Source: an uncultured Chloroflexia bacterium | GTDB taxonomy: Bacteria > Chloroflexota > Chloroflexia > QHBQ01 > JADMIH01 | Direction of reading: 5' to 3' | Assembly (NCBI GenBank): GCA_963797095.1 | Contig: CAWCNY010000006.1 | Span: 576,001-640,000, forward strand | Length of the DNA stretch: 64,000 nt | In this document: one piece after another, positions 38,352 through 48,839 of the stretch | Layout: every line of letters starts with the position of its first letter | Position numbering within the stretch: position 1 is the stretch's first letter | Position numbers and translations under genes: made by a program | The notes under the pieces: model-generated | The model's input: the letters and a program-made list of their open reading frames with translations, nothing else | Told to the model about the DNA's origin: nothing | The model's database searches: none

Positions 38352-39716
38352 GTGGCGCGAAGAATAGTGTTGGCAGTTGTGGCTGCATATTTTATCCTAT
38401 CCACACTGTACAATCTTGCAGTGCCTGTAGGAGAAGCACCGGATGAGCCTGCGCACATCGACTATGTGCGCATAATCTTGCGCACAGGGCAATTTCCCAC
38501 GATCCCTCTTGGCTCGCCACGCTACTCTTACGAAGCTGAGCAACCTCCCCTCTATTATCTGTTGGGGGCGGGTTGGATGGGCTTGTTGTGGCCCAATTCC
38601 AATATCCTCCCTTCCCTATCAGACAATCCTGACTTCTCGTTCGCAAAAGAGACGCCTTATAACGCTTACTTACATACGTATCCCGCTCAGGAAGATGTTC
38701 CTGCTCATCTATTGCGCTTGCTATCAACATTGCTGGGATTGGGAACTCTTGCATTGATATGGTTGAGCGCGCAAGAGGCATGGTACACCCATCCAGGTGT
38801 TACAGACGAAGGCACCTCGATCGCTCCCCACTTTCCCACTGCCGCCTTAATCGCTACCGGGTTTGTAGCTCTTTTGCCTGGTTTTACCTTCACATCTGGT
38901 ACGGTCACTAATGATACCCTGGCTGCCCTTGCCGGTGCCTGCATAGTGTACCTGACTATAAGAATTATCAGGCGAGGCGCCACGTTGCCTCTTGCTGCTC
39001 TGGCAGGCATTACACTTGGCCTGGCACTCCTGAGCAAGTGGTCCTTAGCCGTGTTTGCCCCATTGCCGGTACTAGCCTGTCTACTTGCGCCTGGTACTGG
39101 CAATAGGTGGCGAGCAAAGGTTGTGCATATTGCCATGATTATGGTTATAGCACTTGTTATTGGCGGGTGGCCTTTCTTGAGCAATCTTTTGGAATATGGG
39201 GATCCTCTTGCGACTCAGGCACGGCTAGCAGTCAAATCGCCTATCGTATCACCGTTGGCGAATATGCCTTTCTTCTGGCTGAATCGAGGCTATGTTGGTG
39301 GGTTGTTCGATTCTCTGTGGGGCGTGTTTGGGCTGAGGAATTTGCAGCTACCCAGCGCGGTTTATGTTTTTTACTATCTAATGTTAGTGTTGGGACTTAC
39401 TCTTTCTCTCTATTCTTTGCGAAAGGCCGATAGCACCAATCGTAAGGTGTTAACTATCCTTGCTCTAACGCTGGCTTTGATCTATGCAGGCGTGGCTTAC
39501 CAGAATACGCAGTTCTGGGCGATACAGGGCCGCTTGCTCTTGCCTGGATTGGGAGCGCTTGCCCTTCTGATCGGATGGGGTACAACTCGCCTGTTCGAAA
39601 TGTTGCGGCTTCGCCCCCGTACCCTCGTAGCAGTCACATCTCTTCTTATGCTTGGACTGCTCATATTGAACTTTTACGCATTGATGGGCACACTCATAGT
39701 CGGGTATTATGGCTAA
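38352..39716 (+). CDS. GT-C fold membrane glycosyltransferase (PMT/DUF2142-like)
   Basis: PDEPAH, QPPLYY, VTND, QGR motifs, many TMs. Confidence 0.8.
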   Translation: MARRIVLAVVAAYFILSTLYNLAVPVGEAPDEPAHIDYVRIILRTGQFPTIPLGSPRYSYEAEQPPLYYLLGAGWMGLLWPNSNILPSLSDNPDFSFAKETPYNAYLHTYPAQEDVPAHLLRLLSTLLGLGTLALIWLSAQEAWYTHPGVTDEGTSIAPHFPTAALIATGFVALLPGFTFTSGTVTNDTLAALAGACIVYLTIRIIRRGATLPLAALAGITLGLALLSKWSLAVFAPLPVLACLLAPGTGNRWRAKVVHIAMIMVIALVIGGWPFLSNLLEYGDPLATQARLAVKSPIVSPLANMPFFWLNRGYVGGLFDSLWGVFGLRNLQLPSAVYVFYYLMLVLGLTLSLYSLRKADSTNRKVLTILALTLALIYAGVAYQNTQFWAIQGRLLLPGLGALALLIGWGTTRLFEMLRLRPRTLVAVTSLLMLGLLILNFYALMGTLIVGYYG

Positions 39717-39795
39717 ATGTTAACTAACGGTCTTATGTTATAATGCAAAGCAAGGTTTTTGCCTTGACTTTTGAAGACGAGGAAAAGAGAGGGTA

Positions 39796-40380
39796 ATGAA
39801 AGTAATTTTGACGCAGGCCGTGCCTGGCCTGGGAGAGGCGGGCGCTGTCAAAGAAGTGGCCGATGGGTATGCCCGCAACTATCTCTTGCCGCGGAAGCTC
39901 GCGGTCACCGCTACTCGCGGGTCGTTGAAGCAAGCCGAGGCACAGGCCGGCGTATTCGCACGCCGTGCACAGAAGGCTGTCAGCACCGCTCAAGGGGCGG
40001 CATCAGCAGTCGACGGCAAGAGCGTGAAGATTCGCGCCCGCGTCGGGTCGGAGAACCGCCTGTATGGCTCCGTTACAGCCGCTGACATCGCAGAGGCGTT
40101 GCTGACCCAGTACGGCGTAGAACTTGACCGCCGTAAGATCGCCATCGACGAGGTGATCCACAGGACGGGCACCTACTCCGCCATTGCTGACTTCGGCCAG
40201 GGTATCGTTGCCAAATTCAACGTCGAAGTCGCGCCTGAAGTGGCCGGAGCGCATGGCAAAGCCTCGCGTGGTGAAGAGAGCGCAGCCGCAACGGAGGCAT
40301 CTCCGGCAGAGCCTGCCGAGGCAATTGAGGCCGAAGGCGAGGCCGCCGCCGAGGAGACCGGTGAGCAGGCCGAGGGCTAA
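39796..40380 (+). CDS. rplI: 50S ribosomal protein L9 (acidic C-terminal extension)
   Basis: MKVIL, VADGYARNYLLP, LYGSVT. Confidence 0.97.
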   Translation: MKVILTQAVPGLGEAGAVKEVADGYARNYLLPRKLAVTATRGSLKQAEAQAGVFARRAQKAVSTAQGAASAVDGKSVKIRARVGSENRLYGSVTAADIAEALLTQYGVELDRRKIAIDEVIHRTGTYSAIADFGQGIVAKFNVEVAPEVAGAHGKASRGEESAAATEASPAEPAEAIEAEGEAAAEETGEQAEG

Positions 40381-40396
40381 GAAAGAGTCTGTATCG

Positions 40397-40425
40397 GTAT
40401 GGGCGACCCACCGGGTCGCCCATAC
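40397..40425. repeat. REP-like palindrome or terminator
   Basis: gtatgggcgaccc-acc-gggtcgcccatac, 13-bp arms. Confidence 0.65.
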
Positions 40426-40587
40426 GGGATGTAAGGCGGCGGTTGTGGAAATGTGTTAATCTACGCGTCGCCAGGGAAATGGGCATTACAATAGAATAAG
40501 AGCGCCGGTGCTACAGTCGAGGATGTAGCAGACCATGCGTTTTGAGTTATTAGCAGATTGAGTTAGTGTAAGCGCAGGTAGCACCGT

Positions 40588-43227
40588 ATGGACATGGACA
40601 CGCCCGGCGGGGTAGAGCGCCCCGTCCCGTATGATCTACAGGCAGAGGAGGCTGTTCTCGGCTCGCTCCTCCTCGACCGCGATGCCGTTATCAAGATAGC
40701 CCCGTTCCTGCGCCCCGAAGATTTCTATCGGGAGGCGCATGGTTGGGTCTATGGGGCGGTGCTCGACCTCTACGCGCGGCGCGAGCCGCCCGACCCCGTA
40801 ACCCTCTCCTCAGAGCTTGACAGGTCTGGTCGTCTTGAGCAGATTGGCGGCTACAGCTATCTCGTCAACCTGATCAACCGCACCCCCACGGCGGTGCACA
40901 TCGAGTATTACGCTCATATAGTCGAGCGCACGTCGGTGTTGCGCAGGCTTATTTCGGCGGGCGGTGAGATCGCGGCCCTCGGCTATTCGGAGGACAAAGA
41001 GACCGCCCAGGTGCTCGACAAGGCCGAGCAGATCCTCTTCTCAATTTCCCAGCGCACCACAACCAAAGACTTCGCTTCGATTGAGCAGGTACTCAACGAA
41101 TATTACGACCGCATCGAGGCAATCCAGCATTCGCCAGGCAGCGTAGTAGGAGTGCCATCCGGCTTCCATGATCTGGATGAGGCAACGGGTGGGCTGCAAA
41201 AAAGCGATCTGATCATCATGGCCGCGCGTCCTGGCGTGGGAAAAACCTCCCTCTCTCTAGGCATAGCCCACAACGCCGCCGCGCTTGGCACTCGAGTGGG
41301 TGTCTTCTCGCTCGAAATGAGCAGGGAGCAACTTGTACAACGACTGCTCGCCGTGGAGACGGGCGTGGACAGCCAGCGCCTGCGGCTCGGCTACCTTAAT
41401 GACGAGGAATGGCAGTTAATATCTGACGCGATTGGCCGTATGGCCCAGATGCCCATCTTTATCGACGATAGCGCGGGCCTCACCATACACGAGATCAGGT
41501 CGAAGTCGCGCAGGTTGGAGGCCGAAGTAGGCGTTGACCTTCTTGTGATCGATTATCTCCAGTTGATGCAGGGTAGTGCGCGCCGCGACTCCAACCGCGT
41601 TCAAGAGGTGTCCGAGATCAGCCGTGGCTTGAAGGTGCTTGCCCGCGAACTCAACATCCCCATTATCGCGTGCGCCCAGTTGTCCCGCGCTGTAGAGAGC
41701 CGCACCAACCACGTCCCCATGCTGTCAGACCTCCGCGAATCGGGCTGTCTTACGGGCGACTCCCCCATCTACTTGCCCGACGAAGGTATGTATCGACCTA
41801 TCAGCGAGTTGGCAGGCAAGCGTGGTTTCAAGGTGCTAGCTCTCAACGCGCACAACTGGCGCATGGAATCTGCTACTGTCACTAATGCTTTCCCCACGGG
41901 CCGCAAGCCTATCTTCAAGCTCACTACTCGCCTGGGCCGCACGATCCGCGCCACCGCCAACCATAAGTTCCTCACAATCCACGGCTGGCGTCGCCTGGAC
42001 GAGCTAGCTCTCGGCAGCAGGCTTGCCTTGCCCCGCCTGCTTCCTGGCCCTGCTCAGGCCACCATGAGCAACGACGAATTGGCTCTGCTCGGCCACCTCA
42101 TTGGCGATGGCTGTACCCTGGCGCATAGTCCCGTCCACTACACAACCAACGACATCACCCTAGCCGAAACTGTGGCTCAACTGGCAACGTCTGTATTCGG
42201 CTCTGCTGTCAATCCGCGCATCCAGCGTGAGCTTGATTGGTATCAAGTCTACCTCTCCGCTTCATATCACCTGACGCACGGCAAGCGTAATCCTGTGGCT
42301 ATGTGGCTCAATGACCTGGGCATCTTCGACCTTCGCTCCTACCAGAAGTTTGTGCCCGATAAAGTATTCGCTCAACCGCGTGAGAGTTTAGCCCACTTCT
42401 TGAAACATCTGTGGTCCACTGACGGCTGTATCCATATGACCAGGGGCAAGCGCCATTACCCCACAATCTACTATGCCACCAGTAGCCCGCGACTGGCCCG
42501 CAACGTGCAATCTCTACTGCTAAGGCTTGGTATAAATGCCACTCTCCGTCAGGTGTCGCAAGGCAGCAAGGATCGCGACCAGTATCACGTTGCCATAGAC
42601 GGCAAGCTCGACGTGGAGAGCTTCCTTTATGAAGTCGGTGCGCTCGGTCGAAGCAAGCAAGATCACAGGCTCGCCATTCTCGACTATCTGATCGAGAAAG
42701 CCGTCAACACGAACCGCGATGTGCTCCCGCGTGAAATCTGGCGCATGATCGCTGTTCCAGCCATGCAAACCGTTGGCCTCACATCAAGGCAGATGCAGGC
42801 CGCCCTCGGCAATGCCTACTCCGGCACCGGCCTCTATAAGCAAAATGTCAGCCGTCAGCGCGCCTACAGACTCGCAGTCGTGCTCAAATCCGAAGAGCTT
42901 CCCCAAGTCGCTTCCAGCGACGTCTATTGGGATGAAATAGCCTCGATCCAGCCTGATGGTGAGGAAGAAGTGTACGACCTCACCGTCGAAGGCCACCACA
43001 ACTTTGTAGCCGCCGATATCACTGTCCACAACTCCATAGAGCAAGATGCCGACATAGTGATGTTCATCCACCGCGAGGAGATGTACAACCCCGACACTGA
43101 GAAGAAGGGTATCGCCGAGCTACACATCGCCAAGCACCGCAACGGCCCCTTGACGACCATACCTCTGCGCTTCTTCAACCGCACAACCAAGTTCGCCGAC
43201 CTGGAAGTCTACCGCCAGGAAGAGTGA
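40588..43227 (+). CDS. dnaB: Replicative DNA helicase containing an intein
   Basis: AEEAVLG, ARPGVGKT, IDYLQL, QLSR, DLRESG/intein/SIEQDAD, AKHRNGP. Confidence 0.97.
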   Translation: MDMDTPGGVERPVPYDLQAEEAVLGSLLLDRDAVIKIAPFLRPEDFYREAHGWVYGAVLDLYARREPPDPVTLSSELDRSGRLEQIGGYSYLVNLINRTPTAVHIEYYAHIVERTSVLRRLISAGGEIAALGYSEDKETAQVLDKAEQILFSISQRTTTKDFASIEQVLNEYYDRIEAIQHSPGSVVGVPSGFHDLDEATGGLQKSDLIIMAARPGVGKTSLSLGIAHNAAALGTRVGVFSLEMSREQLVQRLLAVETGVDSQRLRLGYLNDEEWQLISDAIGRMAQMPIFIDDSAGLTIHEIRSKSRRLEAEVGVDLLVIDYLQLMQGSARRDSNRVQEVSEISRGLKVLARELNIPIIACAQLSRAVESRTNHVPMLSDLRESGCLTGDSPIYLPDEGMYRPISELAGKRGFKVLALNAHNWRMESATVTNAFPTGRKPIFKLTTRLGRTIRATANHKFLTIHGWRRLDELALGSRLALPRLLPGPAQATMSNDELALLGHLIGDGCTLAHSPVHYTTNDITLAETVAQLATSVFGSAVNPRIQRELDWYQVYLSASYHLTHGKRNPVAMWLNDLGIFDLRSYQKFVPDKVFAQPRESLAHFLKHLWSTDGCIHMTRGKRHYPTIYYATSSPRLARNVQSLLLRLGINATLRQVSQGSKDRDQYHVAIDGKLDVESFLYEVGALGRSKQDHRLAILDYLIEKAVNTNRDVLPREIWRMIAVPAMQTVGLTSRQMQAALGNAYSGTGLYKQNVSRQRAYRLAVVLKSEELPQVASSDVYWDEIASIQPDGEEEVYDLTVEGHHNFVAADITVHNSIEQDADIVMFIHREEMYNPDTEKKGIAELHIAKHRNGPLTTIPLRFFNRTTKFADLEVYRQEE
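41746..43032 (+). mobile_element. Intein (429 aa) with LAGLIDADG homing endonuclease
   Basis: Starts CLTGDS after LRESG and ends VYDLTVEGHHNFVAADITVHN before S; block B ATANHKF; LLGHLIGDG and FLKHLWSTDG endonuclease motifs. Confidence 0.95.
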
Positions 43228-43297
43228 CCAACCGAAAGTCGAACCAGAAACCAGAAACCGGGAACTAGGAACTGTAATCCGACTACCGACCACCGAA

Positions 43298-44167
43298 ATG
43301 ACCAAACCATTCACAGGCTTCTCCAGCGACAGACAAAAGACCATCCGCGTGCCGGAGGGGTTCTTCGAAGATCTCTTGCCTCAGATCACGTCCGTGCTGG
43401 AGATGAAAGTCACCCTCTACCTCTTCTGGCGGCTTGCCAGGGGCGGGGCTGGCAGCGCAGCGCCCCGGATGGTCAGCCTGAGCGAACTCGAAGGCGATGA
43501 CAAGCTCAAGACGGCTCTATCACAGGGCAAAGGGCTGCGTCGCTTTGAGGAGGCGCTACGCGAAGGACTTGAACTGGCGGTTGGGAGAGGCACCCTGCTG
43601 CAGTTGCGTATCTCGGTCGCTCATCAGACACTTGCACTGCAGAACGGTCACTCGGAGAAGGCCAACGGCAATGGCAACGGCAATGGCAAACATGTTGAAG
43701 ATCCGGACCTGATGGAATACTGGTTCCTCCTGAACACCCGCGACAACAAAACCTGGATAGAAACGCTGGCCAACGGCGAAGTAGACATAGTACAAACGCC
43801 TCTGATCAGCTCTTACATGGACCTGCAGGATCAATCCGAGATCCGAAATCTAAAATCCAAAATCCTCATTGAGCGGCCCAACATCTACGTGCTTTATGAG
43901 CAAAACATCGGCCTCCTAACGCCGATCATGGCCGAGAAACTTCAGGATGCTGAGGGCCGCTACCCGAGAGAGTGGATCGAGGCGGCGTTCGAGGAAGCAG
44001 TGCTGAACAACAAGCGCAACTGGCGATATATAGAGCGAATACTTGAAAGATGGACTGCGGAGGGAAGGCAGAGTGGAAAAGATAGGCGATCTGTTGAGCA
44101 ATCTCTCGATCCCGACAAATATACAAAGGGGAAGTACGCCTTCCTCTTCCGACCCGAAGGACGTTAG
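43298..44167 (+). CDS. DnaD domain protein
   Basis: YEQNIGLLTP...WIEAAFEEAV..NKRNWRYIERILERW (DnaB_2/DnaD motif). Confidence 0.88.
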   Translation: MTKPFTGFSSDRQKTIRVPEGFFEDLLPQITSVLEMKVTLYLFWRLARGGAGSAAPRMVSLSELEGDDKLKTALSQGKGLRRFEEALREGLELAVGRGTLLQLRISVAHQTLALQNGHSEKANGNGNGNGKHVEDPDLMEYWFLLNTRDNKTWIETLANGEVDIVQTPLISSYMDLQDQSEIRNLKSKILIERPNIYVLYEQNIGLLTPIMAEKLQDAEGRYPREWIEAAFEEAVLNNKRNWRYIERILERWTAEGRQSGKDRRSVEQSLDPDKYTKGKYAFLFRPEGR

Positions 44168-45104
44168 TGCTCCGAGCGCGCAACCTGCCGGCAGCGAAGG
44201 CGCTACTATAGAAGGTGTCGGCGACCAACGAGCAGCGGCCTCATCCGGAGCGAGCAATGCTCAAAACCCGAATCCGGTCGTGAGCAATATTCAGCATTCC
44301 GCCGCGTTCCAAGTGCCGCAACCTCCAGAGCCTTGTCCTTACTGCAAAGGTGCTGGCTGGCTCAGAATGAACGCGCCGGTGGGCGATCCCCGCTTTGGGA
44401 AGCTCTACCCCTGCGTATGCAGAACCCAGGCCACCGAAGAACGCAACCTCGAGGACCTCTATCGCCTGAGCAACCTCGATGCGTTCCAGACAAAGGTGTT
44501 CGCCAACTTCGACCCTGAGATCCCCGGCGCTACCGAGGCATATTACGCTGCCGCCGATTTCGCCACCCAACCCGAAGGTTGGCTCCTCCTGCTGGGCGGC
44601 TACGGCACCGGCAAAACCCACCTTGCCGCCTCCATCGCCAACTACGTGGTGCAGGACCATCACATGCAGGTCTATTTCGCGGTAGCGCCCGACCTCCTGC
44701 ACTATCTGCGCTCGGCCTATGCCCCCGACAGCGACACCACTTACGATGAGCGGTTCGAGCAGATACGCTCGGTCTATCTGCTGATCATTGACGACCTGGG
44801 AGCCGAGCAATCCACCCCCTGGGCGGTCGAAAAGCTCTACCAGATATTCAACTACAGGTATAACCTGCGCTTGCCCACCGTCGTCACGTCCAACTGCGAC
44901 CTCGACAGGTTGGACCCGCGCATCTGCTCGCGCCTGTGCGACCCCGATCTATGCAGGCACGTCTTCATGACCTCCAGCGACTACAGGATGCGCCGCATGG
45001 ACCCGCGCTTTGTAGGCAGAGGCCAGGCAGCATCGCCGGGTAGCCCGGAAGGGGCCAGAAATGCAAGAAAAACAGGATACAACAAAGGACCGGGCACTCG
45101 TTAG
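44073..45104 (+). CDS. DnaC/IstB-like AAA+ ATPase (helicase loader) with Zn-binding region
   Basis: CPYC...CVC, GGYGTGKTHL, LIIDDLGAE, VVTSN, SRL; GTG start assumed. Confidence 0.88.
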   Translation: MEKIGDLLSNLSIPTNIQRGSTPSSSDPKDVSAPSAQPAGSEGATIEGVGDQRAAASSGASNAQNPNPVVSNIQHSAAFQVPQPPEPCPYCKGAGWLRMNAPVGDPRFGKLYPCVCRTQATEERNLEDLYRLSNLDAFQTKVFANFDPEIPGATEAYYAAADFATQPEGWLLLLGGYGTGKTHLAASIANYVVQDHHMQVYFAVAPDLLHYLRSAYAPDSDTTYDERFEQIRSVYLLIIDDLGAEQSTPWAVEKLYQIFNYRYNLRLPTVVTSNCDLDRLDPRICSRLCDPDLCRHVFMTSSDYRMRRMDPRFVGRGQAASPGSPEGARNARKTGYNKGPGTR

Positions 45105-45131
45105 CGCCGGCCCTGTGTTATGATCCATCCT

Positions 45132-48100
45132 TTACTTCTTGCTGCGTGCTCCGCGCCCGCCTGCCACACCTGACACCGCTTTCTTGGCCTCGCTCTGCTT
45201 GGGTGGTGGGGGCGTGCCCAGCCCGCCTGAGTTGAGGCCGGCAGTTATACCGCCATCTTTCTCGCGGGCCATGCGCTCCATCTCACTCTTCATCACTGAG
45301 AGGCGGTCATTGTCAGGGTCGAGCCTGAGCAAACGCCCATAAAGGCGAGCGGCTTGCCCGTATTCTCCCAGGGCCGTCAGTTGCTTGGCGAGACTGTAGT
45401 GGCCGGGCACATCCTGGGGCGCTAGGGCCAGTAGCTGGTGCAGCGCGGCAATGGCCTCTTCGGTACGGCCTTCATGGATGAACAGTTCGGCCAACGAGCG
45501 CTCTCCCTCCACTGCCTCCTTGAGCATACCGCTTTGCACATACATATTGAGCAGGTGCTGGCGGGCGTCCACGTCGCGCGGGGCGATGCGCACTATTCGC
45601 TCGTAGATCCCTATAGCCTGGTCGTGCTGCCCCATTGTGTAGTGCAGGTCGGCGGCCTTGCGATAGGTTCTGATAGCGTCCTTAAGCAGCCCAGCCTTCA
45701 ACTGTAGCTCGGCCAGCGTATTAAGCTCTCGCAACCCGTATTCGGTCATACCTAGCTTGAGATACATATCGCTCAACTTGCGGCGCACAGCCACGTTGTT
45801 CGGGGCCAGCTTGGACATATGGCCCAGCGTTTCCAGCGTCCGCTCGTTGTCGTTGTTCTTCTGGAAGAGCACCAGCAGGTCGTTCAGTTCGGCCAGTGCC
45901 TGGTTTAGCTGCCCCTGCCTGAAGTAAATATCGGCCAGGCGGGTGTAAACTGAGTAGTCGTTGGGCATGATCTGCTTGAGAGCTTGCAAAGCGCCCATCG
46001 CGCCGTCCCAGTTGTTCTGCGAGGCATTGGCCTCGGCCAGCGAGTAGTAAAGCTGGATAGGCTCCGATACCTGCGCGAACGCATACTGCGGCCTCGGAGA
46101 TTGGATCGTGAGGTCGCCGCTCTTCTGCGCAACATCATCCAGCCCGCCGTGAGTCTTGAGAATCTCCAGCACCCGGTTGTAATGCAGCGCCGCCACAGCC
46201 CCGCCACCCAGGTCCTTGCCGGTGCTCTTTCCCATGAGAGCCAGGTCGCCACGATACTGGCGCATCAGGATCTCAAGCAGAAGCCACGTCTTGTCGATGT
46301 CGCGCGTCTCGGCTGTAGCCAGCAACACCAGGCCCTGGTCCAGCGCGTCGGCTGCTATCTCCATAAGATCAGAGCGCCCAGCCAGCACCGCCAATCCATA
46401 ATAGATCGCGGGGTGAGGTTTCCTGAACCCTTCCGGCTTGAGCGCCATATTCAACTCTTCGAGGAAGAGGCGGTTAGTGCTCTTACGCTTGCTTGCGCGC
46501 TCCAGGATGCTCTGGAGCGCATCCCATGACGTGATCTCGTTGACCCCGGCGAGCGTCACATAGAGGCGGGCCAGCGCCAGGTCGTTGCCTGGGTCAAGAT
46601 GCAGGGCGCGGCTTAGTTCCAGCAGGGCATCGCTCGACTTGCCAAGCACGCTCAGATATGTGCCCATAGCGAGGGCCACTTCCGACGAGTTGGGCAATTT
46701 GGCCTTAAGCCCCTCGGCCTCTTCCAGGGCGCGCTCGACGTTGCCGTTACTGTAGTGCTTCTCGGCCACTCCCAGCAGCGCTTTGGCGGCCTCGTCCACC
46801 TTGCCCGCATCCAGCAAAAGTACCCCCAGTCTGCTCAGGAGCATCGGATTACCGGGGTCGATTTGCAGCAGCCTGCGACAGACTTCCGCTGCGTTTTCAG
46901 GATCGTTGCGCGCCACATACGTATCCATCACCGTCGTATATTTGGTAATGGCCTCTTCGACGCGACCGAGTTGCAGGTAAATATCGCCCAACATGATGTG
47001 GACGGGGAGATAGCCGGGATCGGCGCTCAGTACCGCCATACAGGAGTTGATGGCGACATCCCACTTGCCCTCGGCCATGGCCTGCTCGCCTTCCGCAATC
47101 AGCCTCTGCGCTCCCAGGGCACCTGTGCCGCCTTCGGAGAGACCGCCCGAGGGCATAAGCTGGCTATCGAGTGGGCTGCGTGCCAGGTAGTGGGTGCCTG
47201 GTACCACTTTGCGAGAGCTATCCTTCTTTGCTTCCTCGGCGGGTAGTGCCACCGTACCGGGCACCACCAGTTGGGCTGTTCCGTCCTCAGCCGTTTCTTC
47301 CACATCGCCGTGCTTAATGGGGCCGCTGGCGTTCAACTGGTCGCTGTTGCCCGTGCCCGTTACCGATGCTGCGCGCAAATATTCGGTGATCGAGCGGAGA
47401 GCGCCACCTGCTGTTCTCATCAGCGAGGTCGGCTTATCCTCCCGCACGGCGGCCTGAAGTCCCTCCGTCCCTCCCTCGATTATGGATGTGCCGCCTTCCT
47501 CGCTCAGCGGCCCGCCATGCCCCAGGTCTAGACGTGTAGCATCTTCGCCTACAGGAGCCACATCTGTAATATCGGGCAGGTGGCTCGGATCGAGCCAGTT
47601 GCTGCCGCCCTTGCTGATACCCATCAGCTTGCTCTGAATACTCTTGTTGTACAGGTCCTGGGCGCGTCTCTCTAACTCAGGTATCTGTGGGTGGTTGAAT
47701 TTCCGTGCTTTGAACAGGCTTACCAGGTTGCTGTACAGAGATGATGCCCTTCCCGGGTTGTGGTCGGCGATATGCGCGTCGGCGGTAGCCATGTAAAGCT
47801 CTATTAGCTCATCGGCTTCCGCCCGACCGATCTGTTCGAAGTCGATCATTCCGAGGGCGCGCTCGAAAGCGGTGGCTGCTTTGGCATAGGCGCGCTGGGC
47901 AGAATAGCACTGGCCCAGTACGTAGTTAGCCGACATCGCGAACTCGGGGTCCTGAAGGGCGCGTTCCAGCATGGGGATGGCGAGGTCGGGCCTGCCCATC
48001 TGCTGGTGGAGCAGTCCGGCGCTGTAGAACACCGCTCCGCGCTTGGCTCCAGCGCGTACTGCCCCATCGTAGAATTCGAGGGCGGCTCGGAAATCGCCCC

Positions 48101-48839
48101 TGGTTTGGGCTTCTGTGGCCTGCTCAACCAGGGCTAACGCCTCAGGTGGGTCTTCCTGCGCCTGGATCAGCCCTGTGCCTGGGGCAACCGACTGGCGCTG
48201 ACCGCCAAAATCGCTGCCGTCGAGAGTGACAGTGCCTGCGTTCTCGGCTATCTTTCGTTTGAGGTTGTATGCCCAGCGCCTGATCTCGGCGTTTTCGGGG
48301 TCGAGAGCAGACGCCGCTTCGGAATAACCCTGGGCCTCGGCCAGGTGGCCTTCTTCGAGGGCGATCTGCGACAGGGCCAGGTGCTCTGCTGCCTGGGCTT
48401 GCTTGTCGCCCACCTCCTGTGTGAGGTCGAGCAAGCGCACCCGCAATTCTTTATCTCTGGGGGTGGCTCTTGCCAGGTCCCGCAAGGCGCGAATTGCTTC
48501 GTGAAACTGGTTCTTTTGGGTGTAGAGGTCGGCCAGCCGCATGTAGGTGGCCCTGGCCTGGTCTGTGTTCCCTGTCGCGAGGTGGATCTCGGCGAGACGA
48601 TTCACCCCGAAGAGGTCGCCCGGGTCTTCATCGACGAGAGCCTCGTAGGCTTCGAGAGCCTGGGCCCAACGACGGAGACGAAACAGGCACTGTGCCATGT
48701 TCCGGCGAGCCGTCATATCGTCGGAGAACTCGGCGAGGGCGCGCCCATACTCTTTCATGGCGCGCTCCCACTGGTTAGCCCAGGCGTACTCGTGGGCGCG
48801 CTTCATTGCGGTGTCGAAAATTGCCTTATTGCCCGCCAT
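45132..48839 (-). CDS. Large tetratricopeptide repeat protein
   Basis: Numerous TPR motifs across 1235 aa, interrupted by a low-complexity linker. Confidence 0.85.
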   Translation of the reverse strand: MAGNKAIFDTAMKRAHEYAWANQWERAMKEYGRALAEFSDDMTARRNMAQCLFRLRRWAQALEAYEALVDEDPGDLFGVNRLAEIHLATGNTDQARATYMRLADLYTQKNQFHEAIRALRDLARATPRDKELRVRLLDLTQEVGDKQAQAAEHLALSQIALEEGHLAEAQGYSEAASALDPENAEIRRWAYNLKRKIAENAGTVTLDGSDFGGQRQSVAPGTGLIQAQEDPPEALALVEQATEAQTRGDFRAALEFYDGAVRAGAKRGAVFYSAGLLHQQMGRPDLAIPMLERALQDPEFAMSANYVLGQCYSAQRAYAKAATAFERALGMIDFEQIGRAEADELIELYMATADAHIADHNPGRASSLYSNLVSLFKARKFNHPQIPELERRAQDLYNKSIQSKLMGISKGGSNWLDPSHLPDITDVAPVGEDATRLDLGHGGPLSEEGGTSIIEGGTEGLQAAVREDKPTSLMRTAGGALRSITEYLRAASVTGTGNSDQLNASGPIKHGDVEETAEDGTAQLVVPGTVALPAEEAKKDSSRKVVPGTHYLARSPLDSQLMPSGGLSEGGTGALGAQRLIAEGEQAMAEGKWDVAINSCMAVLSADPGYLPVHIMLGDIYLQLGRVEEAITKYTTVMDTYVARNDPENAAEVCRRLLQIDPGNPMLLSRLGVLLLDAGKVDEAAKALLGVAEKHYSNGNVERALEEAEGLKAKLPNSSEVALAMGTYLSVLGKSSDALLELSRALHLDPGNDLALARLYVTLAGVNEITSWDALQSILERASKRKSTNRLFLEELNMALKPEGFRKPHPAIYYGLAVLAGRSDLMEIAADALDQGLVLLATAETRDIDKTWLLLEILMRQYRGDLALMGKSTGKDLGGGAVAALHYNRVLEILKTHGGLDDVAQKSGDLTIQSPRPQYAFAQVSEPIQLYYSLAEANASQNNWDGAMGALQALKQIMPNDYSVYTRLADIYFRQGQLNQALAELNDLLVLFQKNNDNERTLETLGHMSKLAPNNVAVRRKLSDMYLKLGMTEYGLRELNTLAELQLKAGLLKDAIRTYRKAADLHYTMGQHDQAIGIYERIVRIAPRDVDARQHLLNMYVQSGMLKEAVEGERSLAELFIHEGRTEEAIAALHQLLALAPQDVPGHYSLAKQLTALGEYGQAARLYGRLLRLDPDNDRLSVMKSEMERMAREKDGGITAGLNSGGLGTPPPPKQSEAKKAVSGVAGGRGARSKK

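Noticed and set aside
37990-39716. Possible horizontally acquired island (somewhat AT-richer stretch)
   Set aside because: No mobility genes or boundaries seen, and the shift was not quantified; hydrophobic codon bias could explain it.
44043-45104. IS21 element (IstB-like ATPase)
   Set aside because: No IstA transposase or terminal repeats; the dnaB/dnaD context supports a helicase loader.
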